Of a stretch of 36,529 nucleotides of DNA, positions 17,340 through 24,646 are shown one piece after another. Under the pieces are notes generated by a model. The model ran no database searches. It was given only the letters and a program-made list of their open reading frames with translations, and had not been told where the DNA came from. Each line of letters starts with the position of its first letter. Position 1 is the stretch's first letter. This stretch comes from a virus (Duplodnaviria; Caudoviricetes), in the IMG/VR virus record IMGVR_UViG_3300020045_004911, positions 1 through 36,529 of that record, one strand, 5' to 3'. Both the position numbers and the translations under genes were made by a program.

Positions 17340-17426
17340 TCAGAAGTAAATATGTTGTTCATCAAGCCACAGAACACCTATGATGGTGAGCGTGACCCCT
17401 ACGGCGAAGCCAATTAAGTACTTCAT
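17340..17426 (-). CDS. 28-aa single-TM peptide
   Basis: MKYLIGFAVGVTLTIIGVLWLDEQHIYF, with SD AGGGAG 7 nt upstream. Confidence 0.6.
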   Translation of the reverse strand: MKYLIGFAVGVTLTIIGVLWLDEQHIYF

Positions 17427-17430
17427 AGTC

Positions 17431-17589
17431 TTACTCCCTACATTCAGGACAGACACGGATTCCTCCGATACAGAAGCAACGAACTGGTGACGACCGAGTG
17501 GCTTGCACACTCTCGAAGGCTGTATCCTTAGCCGCCTTACGGGGTTCCTTTTTGGGGAACCGTAGATGTAGTTGCCGTTCATTTGGCAT
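17431..17589 (-). CDS. 52-aa Cys-motif protein (not in ORF track)
   Basis: MPNERQLHLRFPKKEPRKAAKDTAFESVQATRSSPVRCFCIGGIRVCPECRE, with SD GAGGAG 7 nt upstream. Confidence 0.6.
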   Translation of the reverse strand: MPNERQLHLRFPKKEPRKAAKDTAFESVQATRSSPVRCFCIGGIRVCPECRE

Positions 17590-17770
17590 CTTTTTTCTCC
17601 TCAAGTAAAATTGTCATTTGCAGGGCTGGGAGAATCATCTTTACGATGGCCCCACAACTTCCACATTCATAAATCCTAATGCGGTGAATGAAAACTTCTG
17701 TCGGTGATACCCGTTCCACTTCGGTAATATCGGAATGGAAGGTAACGTGTGAGCAGCGGATACAGTGCAT
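17579..17770 (-). CDS. 63-aa Zn-ribbon protein
   Basis: CIRC...YECGSCG, with SD AGGAGG 6 nt upstream. Confidence 0.7.
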   Translation of the reverse strand: MHCIRCSHVTFHSDITEVERVSPTEVFIHRIRIYECGSCGAIVKMILPALQMTILLEEKKDAK

Positions 17771-17791
17771 TGCCTTCCTCCTAATGTGCTT

Positions 17792-17971
17792 CTACTTTGA
17801 TTTTAGCACTTTAGTACGTATCCGCTTGGGTGGAGGTGGACAACTTATGTGCCACTCATACCCTCCACCTCCCACTGAATTATAATGCGACCCCAACGTT
17901 ATCTCTTCCTTGCAAGTAAGACACTTCATAGGAGCAAACATTGGCGATCTACGGAGTCTTACTTTTGGCAT
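17792..17971 (-). CDS. Small Zn-binding hypothetical protein
   Basis: MPKVRL...CLTC...WHISC. Start moved to ATG 17971 to avoid overlap. Confidence 0.5.
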   Translation of the reverse strand: MPKVRLRRSPMFAPMKCLTCKEEITLGSHYNSVGGGGYEWHISCPPPPKRIRTKVLKSK

Positions 17972-17988
17972 AAAAGTGTTCTCATCTA

Positions 17989-18309
17989 TTACTCTGATAA
18001 ATCTACACCGTACGTCTTCGTCACTCCTGTAATCCAATCGGTACGAACATATGGGTCTCCGTTTGTCTCAGTGGTTTTGTAGCTAAGTATTGTCCTCACC
18101 ATCTCCCCCTTCTCCTTCTCATACTCGTCGGCTTGGGATTGGAGGATACTTTGAAACTCTTTTACAATTAAATCTTTTCGGACCTGTACAGTATCAGCGT
18201 ATAGCGACTGCTTGAGCCAGTTATCTTTTTCGTGCTTACCTGTAAACCTGTCGAGAAAAGCGTCAAACGCCTCTATAATACCTTCTATATCTGGGGTGTG
18301 TTTGTTCAT
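17989..18309 (-). CDS. Hypothetical phage protein
   Basis: 106 aa with ATGA overlap to the upstream gene. Confidence 0.7.
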   Translation of the reverse strand: MNKHTPDIEGIIEAFDAFLDRFTGKHEKDNWLKQSLYADTVQVRKDLIVKEFQSILQSQADEYEKEKGEMVRTILSYKTTETNGDPYVRTDWITGVTKTYGVDLSE

Positions 18310-18575
18310 AGATTTCCATTATCCTCTCCTAGTAATACCTTCTGAGCGTCTGTGAGGGCGTCTGTGTGACCCATCTCGTATTCACATGGTGGATGGCCAC
18401 AGCAATAACATTCCTCGGTACAGATGTGTTTCATCCCCTCCAAAGCCTCAGCCGCTTGTTTGAGGGTGTTGGCGATGAGGGTGTTAAGTTTCTCAGCGTC
18501 AACACTTGTGTGGTTGTCTGTCATAAAGTATTCCCTCGCTTCACGTTGTAGTTTGGTGAGTAGTGTTTCTTTCAT
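18306..18575 (-). CDS. Hypothetical phage protein
   Basis: 89 aa with a Cys cluster and a GHTDALTDA motif. Confidence 0.7.
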   Translation of the reverse strand: MKETLLTKLQREAREYFMTDNHTSVDAEKLNTLIANTLKQAAEALEGMKHICTEECYCCGHPPCEYEMGHTDALTDAQKVLLGEDNGNL

Positions 18576-18577
18576 GT

Positions 18578-18850
18578 TTAGTTAGGGACCTTGTTACCCT
18601 CTAAATAAAAATTGCAATGTTTGCTGTGGTCGTAATCTTGCACTTCATTTCTGATAAAGCGAATAAACTCTTTACTAATTGTTTCTTCTGGAATGGTCAC
18701 TACCTTTACAGGTAGCTCCCCTGCTTCGCCAACTAACTTTTCTCCGTTTTCCACTTTAGCAATTAAATCTGATACTTCTTGTCCATAATAAGTATTCTCA
18801 AAATCTGTTGCTTCGTAATCGTTGTGGTGTTCTATTAGTAGTATTTTCAT
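18578..18850 (-). CDS. Hypothetical phage protein
   Basis: 90 aa in a packed operon. Confidence 0.7.
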   Translation of the reverse strand: MKILLIEHHNDYEATDFENTYYGQEVSDLIAKVENGEKLVGEAGELPVKVVTIPEETISKEFIRFIRNEVQDYDHSKHCNFYLEGNKVPN

Positions 18851-18858
18851 AACTCATT

Positions 18859-19176
18859 TTATAGTGAAACTTCCTTGTCTAGGGTGCTGATAATATCTTT
18901 GATAGCCTCTTTATATCCGTAAGTATTTTCATCATTCCAGTTGTCGTCTGCAACTTTTGCAAAGTGTCCCTGTCTTATTCTTTCAATACATCTTTCTCTC
19001 CCCACTTCAACTCCCTTGTTGTAGGCGGTGGTGAGGGCTTCTCGAAGAAACCACTTTAATAGTTCGCGCTCCATTCCGGGCATACTACCTTTTGGTGGCT
19101 TCATTTTCAGCTCGTCAAACTGTACCCCAAAGTTTTCTACAACTGTATCTATTTCATTTTGGTTATTTTTTAACAT
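18859..19176 (-). CDS. Hypothetical phage protein
   Basis: 105 aa with AYNKG and GYKEAIKDI motifs. Confidence 0.7.
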   Translation of the reverse strand: MLKNNQNEIDTVVENFGVQFDELKMKPPKGSMPGMERELLKWFLREALTTAYNKGVEVGRERCIERIRQGHFAKVADDNWNDENTYGYKEAIKDIISTLDKEVSL

Positions 19177-19322
19177 GTACAGAGATGTGTTCCGCTAATA
19201 AGTTGGTTCTCCCAGAATAGTTGCTTTGCTATTTCACTGTTGCCATGAACCGGACAGTCGTTGTCTTTTTCTTCCTCTACAGTATCTTTAGGCATCTCGT
19301 TGTGTTGGTTGTTTTGGGTCAT
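19170..19322 (-). CDS. 50-aa hypothetical protein (not in ORF track)
   Basis: MTQNNQ...DCPVHG...LCTC. Fills the gap and overlaps both neighbours. Confidence 0.5.
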   Translation of the reverse strand: MTQNNQHNEMPKDTVEEEKDNDCPVHGNSEIAKQLFWENQLISGTHLCTC

Positions 19323-19698
19323 AGGGTTGTTTTAATAACTCATAAGCTCCTTGGTATAGGCCACAGATTTGGCAAGAGACTTGGCCTCGGTTCTTTTTGG
19401 TGAACTGGTGTTCGTGCATTGTGAGCAGTTCGGTGAAATCCTTTGGTTCGTACTCTTTTTCAATTATTACCTCTACTTCTCGTTCTATAACGGTTGGTAG
19501 TTTTGGTTTGGGCGGTACGGTTTTTGGGTAAGACATACTGTGTACGTTTATTCCCGAAAAGGCATCACTACTACTAGGGCAGTAAAAACTTCTTCCGTCA
19601 TCTCTCCTTCTTTCAAGGAACGAAGAGGGGAGCATGAATTGAAATCCACATTTCGCACACGAAGTTAATTCAAATTCAATGTTTATATTTTCTTTCAT
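19288..19698 (-). CDS. Zn-binding hypothetical protein
   Basis: CAKCG...FYCP...H and HEH...CQICG motifs. Confidence 0.7.
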   Translation of the reverse strand: MKENINIEFELTSCAKCGFQFMLPSSFLERRRDDGRSFYCPSSSDAFSGINVHSMSYPKTVPPKPKLPTVIEREVEVIIEKEYEPKDFTELLTMHEHQFTKKNRGQVSCQICGLYQGAYELLKQPYDPKQPTQRDA

Positions 19699-19701
19699 AT
19701 T

Positions 19702-19935
19702 TTAATCACTTATCTCACTAGTACGGTGGGTGGGGAGGGTTATTGGGATAAGATACTCCATCCTTGCAAAGGAATGTTCACTCATATACCTGTCGGCTAT
19801 TTCTTTAGAGTGTTCTTCATTATCCGCTTGTATAGTAACTACTTTCCATAGACGCGTAATCTCAGGCATCCTACCACTTAAATGCCAAAAAGGTGTGTAA
19901 TCGGGAGCGTAGTTAAAACGTAAATGCCAAATCAT
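19702..19935 (-). CDS. Hypothetical phage protein
   Basis: 77 aa in a packed operon. Confidence 0.6.
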   Translation of the reverse strand: MIWHLRFNYAPDYTPFWHLSGRMPEITRLWKVVTIQADNEEHSKEIADRYMSEHSFARMEYLIPITLPTHRTSEISD

Positions 19936-19955
19936 ACAAGTCTTCTTTTACAAAC

Positions 19956-20234
19956 CTAGGGTGTTTTCTCATAGTTTAATTTTTGAAGTAGTACTGTCCT
20001 CAATTCTTCACCGCCCCGTTCTCTCAGGCGAGCGTTTGGACCTTGATATACTGGAGTGGTTACTTCGATTTGATGTGCCATTTGCTGTTCAATACGACTA
20101 ACTAAAGAGGCAAGTATAATCTCGACGGTTGCAAGTTCTTCATTTGGTAGGTCAAGTGCATTATGAAGTCCTGCAACAGCCTCGGTTATATGTTGGTATT
20201 TATTATAGTCATACGAAGTTCCTCGTGATTCCAT
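19956..20234 (-). CDS. Hypothetical phage protein
   Basis: 92 aa in a packed operon. Confidence 0.65.
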   Translation of the reverse strand: MESRGTSYDYNKYQHITEAVAGLHNALDLPNEELATVEIILASLVSRIEQQMAHQIEVTTPVYQGPNARLRERGGEELRTVLLQKLNYEKTP

Positions 20235-20235
20235 A

Positions 20236-20637
20236 CTATTTCATCTTAATAAAGCCATTTTTAATCAACCAATGCAACATTAATCCACGAGCTTCTACCT
20301 CAAAATGCCAGCTTGTAGTATGCAACCACTCATTATTACTTGATTTGTATGTAATACTCCATTGTTTTTCTGATGGATGAGTAATTTCTAACTCGTACAC
20401 TTTGAATCCGACTGAGCACATTCTTGGAAGACGATAACCAATTTCGTCAGTAGTGAAAGCATTTGCTGTTTCAGTAAAATCATAAATGTGCTCCGATAAC
20501 AACTTTGAACCATTAGATAAAATGGATTCATTTCCATCTTTTGATGTATACCATTTCCATATTGCATCTTGTTTCACCCCCAATTCTTTCAACTTTTTTG
20601 ATAAATCATGGCTTGTAACCTGTTCTTCAAGTTTCAT
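20236..20637 (-). CDS. Conserved-type phage hypothetical protein
   Basis: MKLEEQVTSHDLSKKLKELGVKQ...AFTTDEIG..LP...EARGLML, a pattern I recognise from phage accessory regions. Confidence 0.75.
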   Translation of the reverse strand: MKLEEQVTSHDLSKKLKELGVKQDAIWKWYTSKDGNESILSNGSKLLSEHIYDFTETANAFTTDEIGYRLPRMCSVGFKVYELEITHPSEKQWSITYKSSNNEWLHTTSWHFEVEARGLMLHWLIKNGFIKMK

Positions 20638-20653
20638 ATATATCTAATTTACA

Positions 20654-20809
20654 TTATCCCCCTCTGGGCTTCCTTGGCTTGTCCGTTATAGGAATCGGGA
20701 GTGCTACCTCTTTCTTTTTGGAAGCTACGGGGGTCGGTTTTACTAAACGTCCTCTACATCCGCCAGCACCACACACAATGTCATGCTCTGGCCTTATTCC
20801 GTAACTCAT
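20654..20809 (-). CDS. 51-aa basic hypothetical protein (not in ORF track)
   Basis: MSYGIRPEHDIVCGAGGCRG..., with ATGA overlap to the upstream stop. Confidence 0.5.
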   Translation of the reverse strand: MSYGIRPEHDIVCGAGGCRGRLVKPTPVASKKKEVALPIPITDKPRKPRGG

Positions 20810-21099
20810 ACCCCATCCCCCTCTACGGGTGCTTCTAGGTCTTTGAGGAGGTCGTCTAAGGCGTTGTCGTAGCCTTCCATATAGCCCATACGTCCTAAGT
20901 AATTTTGTGGTCGAAGCTTTTTTACCCTCTCCCTTACAGACTGGATGGTTTGGGTGTGGGTGTGTTCGATGAGTTTCATTATTTCATCGACTGCGCTTGT
21001 AACTGACTGCTCCTCCCTCCATGCTTTTACGACAAGCAATCGCACTTCTTCCTTTAGTTCATCCCTTGCCTCAGTCTTCAAGCGTTCAAGTGTGTTCAT
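20806..21099 (-). CDS. Hypothetical phage protein
   Basis: 97 aa with a GYDNALDDL motif. Confidence 0.7.
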   Translation of the reverse strand: MNTLERLKTEARDELKEEVRLLVVKAWREEQSVTSAVDEIMKLIEHTHTQTIQSVRERVKKLRPQNYLGRMGYMEGYDNALDDLLKDLEAPVEGDGV

Positions 21100-21112
21100 A
21101 CATTAAAGATTA

Positions 21113-21193
21113 AGTAGTAAGTGGCTCGTGGGGAGGTGGGGTCGTTCGCACCCGAGTTTAAGCTAGCTCCCGCTCCCCCAAGAACCACCTACT
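21113..21193 (-). ncRNA. Structured intergenic RNA (three-way junction)
   Basis: Minus strand pairs GTAG/CTAC, GTGGTTC/GAGCCAC and GGGGAG/CTCCCC enclose GAG..CTC and GGGT..ACCC hairpins. Confidence 0.5.
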
Positions 21194-21200
21194 GTTTTGA

Positions 21201-21293
21201 TTAGAAGATTACGTTAGTAATTGTGAGGGCTAGTCCTGCTCCGATAGCTAGGATGATGGAGACTATGATTGCATCGAAGATTGTGTCTTTCAT
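21201..21293 (-). CDS. 30-aa single-TM peptide (not in ORF track)
   Basis: MKDTIFDAIIVSIILAIGAGLALTITNVIF, starting 6 nt after the SSB stop. Confidence 0.6.
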   Translation of the reverse strand: MKDTIFDAIIVSIILAIGAGLALTITNVIF

Positions 21294-21299
21294 AAGCCG

Positions 21300-21851
21300 T
21301 TAAAAAGGAATATCCTCTGGTCGGATTTCTTCTTCTGGGTAATCTGGTGCTTTAGTTTCGTTTCGCGGTGAAACTTTTTCTTTGAACTTCTCAATCATTT
21401 CTTCTGGTGTTGGCTTCTTCTTTAGTTCTTCAAGAATTGCTTCTGGGATAGCAGTTTGCTTTGGTGATGGTTGTACTGTGTACTCTACTTCCTTACTACC
21501 GGCATTCTTAGCGTTAACTGTAATAGGGTGTAGGAAAGGAAACTCGAAGCTCCAATCTGGGTCTTCTGATAGAGCTGCAATTGCTTTGACTACTGTGTAA
21601 GGTAGTTTGGCTAGTTTGATTACATTGTCTTGTAGTACCCACCCTACGCCTTTGATACTTACGTTGGTATCTCCTTCTACTGCTGGTCGGTACTTCTTAG
21701 TTGAAGGGTCAAATACCTGTGCTAGTGGAGGTAGGTGTGTGAGTAGTACAAATCGGTTAGCTCCCTCTACAATGTTGAAGTAATCCTTACCTTGTTCTTC
21801 TTGTTTCTTTGCTTCAAGATCCTTTACCCAATCCATTTTATTTTCTGACAT
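21300..21851 (-). CDS. Single-stranded DNA-binding protein (phage type)
   Basis: 183 aa, beta-rich core, acidic tail ending EEEIRPEDIPF like the SSB DDDIPF tail. Confidence 0.7.
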   Translation of the reverse strand: MSENKMDWVKDLEAKKQEEQGKDYFNIVEGANRFVLLTHLPPLAQVFDPSTKKYRPAVEGDTNVSIKGVGWVLQDNVIKLAKLPYTVVKAIAALSEDPDWSFEFPFLHPITVNAKNAGSKEVEYTVQPSPKQTAIPEAILEELKKKPTPEEMIEKFKEKVSPRNETKAPDYPEEEIRPEDIPF

Positions 21852-21854
21852 AAT

Positions 21855-22130
21855 TTATTCTTTAGTTAAACTTCTAATACCTAATTTTAATTCGTTTATG
21901 AACCACCGTTGCGCTCCATTCATTTGCTCAATTAGCTCTGGGTTACACTCTCCGTTTGTGAGCATGTCTTTCCTTACTTTAGTCCACTCTCGTGGTAGTA
22001 AGCCAGTGCCTCCTTTGTGTAATGAAAGTAGTCGGTTGTGATCCATAAACGCTTCTTCAACTGAATCGTATTCGAGATTTAACTCGATGTACGCGTAATT
22101 TTCAGTTGGTATGCGTTGTATTACTTGCAT
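21855..22130 (-). CDS. Hypothetical phage protein
   Basis: ATG 22130 preferred because GTG 22190 abuts the -10 box. Confidence 0.65.
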   Translation of the reverse strand: MQVIQRIPTENYAYIELNLEYDSVEEAFMDHNRLLSLHKGGTGLLPREWTKVRKDMLTNGECNPELIEQMNGAQRWFINELKLGIRSLTKE

Positions 22131-22190
22131 TGGCCTTAACTTTTTACAGGCTGATAATGTAGTCTTGGATGTAATCCGCTGACTACCCAC

Positions 22191-22237
22191 ATTATAGCTC
22201 TATACGCAAATGCGTGCAACGTGCTATACTGGGGATA
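22191..22237. promoter_or_regulatory. Divergent early promoters
   Basis: Minus strand: TTGCAC (22219-22214), 17 nt, TATAAT (22196-22191). Plus strand: extended -10 TGcTATACT (22222-22230), 6 nt before ATG 22237. Confidence 0.8.
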
Positions 22238-22356
22238 TGAAAGAAACAACAAATGTAAGGGTGTTAAAGACCTCGTGGAAACGTTTTAAATTAAAGGCCG
22301 TAAGAGAAGGAAAGACATTATTGGCCTATATGGAGGAGTTAAGTAAAAAGGTATGA
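22237..22356 (+). CDS. 39-aa ribbon-helix-helix-like regulator, leaderless (not in ORF track)
   Basis: MKETTNVRVLKTSWKRFKLKAVREGKTLLAYMEELSKKV shows a strand-helix-G-helix pattern. It is the first gene after the divergent promoter and has ATGA overlap with the next gene. Confidence 0.65.
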   Translation: MKETTNVRVLKTSWKRFKLKAVREGKTLLAYMEELSKKV

Positions 22357-22547
22357 ACTGGAATAAAAACGTTGTTGATACAACTCAAAAAATATGTGAT
22401 GGTTTTGTCTTTAAAGAGTTTACTAAAACTTTTAATCAATCCGAGGCTACAGCTTTTCATGTCATGAAAGGTAATTTTGCAAAAGATGAAAACGGGAACC
22501 CAATTACTCGAACCGAAGAAGAAATGGATAACTGTGAAGATGTATGA
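22353..22547 (+). CDS. Hypothetical protein
   Basis: 64 aa with ATGA overlaps on both sides. Confidence 0.65.
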   Translation: MNWNKNVVDTTQKICDGFVFKEFTKTFNQSEATAFHVMKGNFAKDENGNPITRTEEEMDNCEDV

Positions 22548-23434
22548 TGTACGCTAATGAAATAGGAACTACTGATGTAATTTCTACTGGTCTTTTTATT
22601 GACAAATTAACGGGTATCAATGGAATTCCTAGAGGGGTTATTACAGAAATCTTTGGAGATGAATCGATTGGTAAATCTTCCCTCTGTTTGCAGTTAATAG
22701 CTAAAGCACAAGAGCAGGGTTTGAATTGTCTGTTTGCGGATATTGAATGGTCTTACAGTACTTTGTACGCTGAGACTTTGGGGGTAGACAATAAAAAGCT
22801 GGGCTTGATCCGTGAACGGTTTGCAGAAGACTCACTAGACGCCATAGAAGCCGCCGTAGAGAGTGGTAAATGGGACTTGGTGGTATTGGACTCAATTGGA
22901 GGTATTTTACCTCGTGCTGAGGCGGAGAAGGACGCTGGTGGCAAAACCATCGGAGGCCAAGCAGGACTCATTGCTAAGTTCTGTCGAAAAATTGTACCGT
23001 TGCTAAAAATCCACAATGTTGCCTTAGTAGTAATCAATCACTCGTTTGTGGATATTATGTCCGGCAAGATAATGACTTCTGGGGGTAAAAAACTTGCCTA
23101 CCATAAAGCCATTAGTATCAGACTCAAGCAAAAGTTTGGTGTGACTATTAAACAAGGTGATCGAAAGGTTGGGAAAGTGGTGGTCGGTGAGGTGAAGAAA
23201 AACAAAGAGGCGGCCACTGAAGGTCTTGAACTTGATGGTCAGCTTATCTTTGGTGTCGGGTTTTCTGCTTCGGCAGATGTACTCAATGACGCGATTGATA
23301 AAAAGATTATTACTAAGAAAGGAAACACCTTTTATTTTGGAGAAGAAAAACTTGGGATTGGACTTAATAAAGTTCGTACCCTTTTACAAGAAGATGAAGA
23401 ACTTCTGACTAGAATTAAAAATGCAATGTCCTAA
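22544..23434 (+). CDS. recA: RecA-family recombinase
   Basis: Motifs ISTG..ID, GIPRGVITEIFG, Walker A GDESIGKS, FADIE, VVLDS and TSGGKKL. Confidence 0.92.
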   Translation: MMYANEIGTTDVISTGLFIDKLTGINGIPRGVITEIFGDESIGKSSLCLQLIAKAQEQGLNCLFADIEWSYSTLYAETLGVDNKKLGLIRERFAEDSLDAIEAAVESGKWDLVVLDSIGGILPRAEAEKDAGGKTIGGQAGLIAKFCRKIVPLLKIHNVALVVINHSFVDIMSGKIMTSGGKKLAYHKAISIRLKQKFGVTIKQGDRKVGKVVVGEVKKNKEAATEGLELDGQLIFGVGFSASADVLNDAIDKKIITKKGNTFYFGEEKLGIGLNKVRTLLQEDEELLTRIKNAMS

Positions 23435-23624
23435 TTGTGACCATAAAATGTGGAATTTGAAGTATAATGGAAAAGGGGTCTGGGAGTATGATGGCCCTAG
23501 TGAATGGGTATGTGTTTGTGGACAAAGGCTGGGTTACTTCTGCAACCAGCCTCTGGGGGTAGATGAGGTGGAGAAGGTTAATTGTGAAGGTTGTAAATAT
23601 CACCCACGGCATGTCGAACTATGA
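23421..23624 (+). CDS. Cys-rich Zn-binding protein
   Basis: CPNC, CVCG and CEGC motifs. Confidence 0.6.
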   Translation: MQCPNCDHKMWNLKYNGKGVWEYDGPSEWVCVCGQRLGYFCNQPLGVDEVEKVNCEGCKYHPRHVEL

Positions 23625-23778
23625 ACCCCAAAAGGAACCGAGAGATTGGAAGTATTGCTCGGTGTGTGATAGCCGGTATACTTTCATTGATTGCAGGGTT
23701 ACCTCTAAGGGGGTGAATCGGTGCCTTAAATGCCATATTGAGCATAAGAAGAAGTTGTCCACAGTATCCCCAGTTTAG
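23611..23778 (+). CDS. Small Zn-finger protein
   Basis: MSNYEPQ...CSVC...CLKC. Confidence 0.55.
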   Translation: MSNYEPQKEPRDWKYCSVCDSRYTFIDCRVTSKGVNRCLKCHIEHKKKLSTVSPV

Positions 23779-23792
23779 TTTCACCGTAAAAC
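23765..23792 (+). repeat. Inverted repeat copy 1 (partner 30688-30716)
   Basis: TATCCCCAGTTTAGTTTCACCGTAAAAC. Confidence 0.9.
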
Positions 23793-23793
23793 T

Positions 23794-23940
23794 TGGTATT
23801 ATATTCGCACTGGAGATTGCGGCCAGTACAAATTTATGTTAAAAAGTGTGTGCACATTATTAATACGTCTATTTCTGAACCGAGTCGGGTTTGCACACTA
23901 CCCACTGCAATCTCGGTTCGGAAATAGGCGTTTTATTATT
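23794..23940 (+). promoter_or_regulatory. Promoter and attenuator-like leader of the replication operon
   Basis: TGgTATTAT at 23794-23802. A 20-bp stem 23865-23884/23912-23931 ends in a U-rich run, and competing pairings are present. Confidence 0.7.
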
Positions 23941-23944
23941 ACTT

Positions 23945-24646
23945 ATGAAGTATAAAAAGGGTGAGTTCATCACGATTCCAAATGTAAATCAACTGAACTC
24001 TATCTCTGCTACAGCACAGGCTCTATTTCTGTGGCTTTGTAATTACGCAGACGAAGAAGGGGTTTGCTTTCCAAGTAGGACAACCTTATCAAATAACTTG
24101 AATTGTTCCGTAAGGACAGTAGACAGCCATCTGACGGAGTTGGTCAAAGCTGGTTTCCTCCAAAAAGAAGAACGGTACTTTGACAACAAACAGACCAGTA
24201 ACAAATACCAGATTCTTTTGATGGAGGGGTGCAAAAAACAGCACTCCCCCCGTGCAGAATTTGCACCCACCCCCGTGCAAAAAACAGCACACAGAACTAA
24301 ACCCATATTAACTAAACCCACTTACTTGTCCGCTAAAGCGGAAAGTGAGTACGTTATCACTTCTGACCTTGAGGAGAAACCTAAAAGGATTCGTAAGGTC
24401 ACTCCTGACATGGAGGCTGTATTCAACCTGTTCAACAACCCCGCTAAGGCAGCGTGGAAACTCCGCGAAGTAGAGCGAATTGCAGCCCAAGCGCTTTTCG
24501 ATACTCACGGCCTAGAAACGCTTAGCAAGCGCTTAGCGAGAATAGCCGTAGAAAAGAAAAAAGGTGACCCTTACTTCCCCGAGGTAAATACTCCCTCCCA
24601 ATTACTAGACAAAATGCCTAACATCGAGCGTTACTTAAGTGTATGA
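23945..24646 (+). CDS. Replication initiator protein (N-terminal winged HTH, lambda O-like organisation)
   Basis: LFLWLCNYADEEGVCFPSRTTLS...SVRTV...L..LVKAGF...SNKY. Contains internal iterons and is followed by the helicase. Confidence 0.85.
   Translation: MKYKKGEFITIPNVNQLNSISATAQALFLWLCNYADEEGVCFPSRTTLSNNLNCSVRTVDSHLTELVKAGFLQKEERYFDNKQTSNKYQILLMEGCKKQHSPRAEFAPTPVQKTAHRTKPILTKPTYLSAKAESEYVITSDLEEKPKRIRKVTPDMEAVFNLFNNPAKAAWKLREVERIAAQALFDTHGLETLSKRLARIAVEKKKGDPYFPEVNTPSQLLDKMPNIERYLSV
24229..24320 (+). repeat. Iterons / probable replication origin
   Basis: GTGCAAAAAACAGCAC (24229, 24275) and GTGCAGAATTTGCAC (24252) at exact 23-bp spacing, then AACTAAACCCA at 24295 and 24310. Confidence 0.8.

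Noticed and set aside
17340-17582. Track ORF of 80 aa
   Set aside because: Better explained as two SD-led genes, 17589-17431 in another frame and 17426-17340.
24229-24320. Short repeats as a CRISPR array
   Set aside because: The 23-bp period leaves no room for spacers, and the location inside an initiator gene fits iterons.
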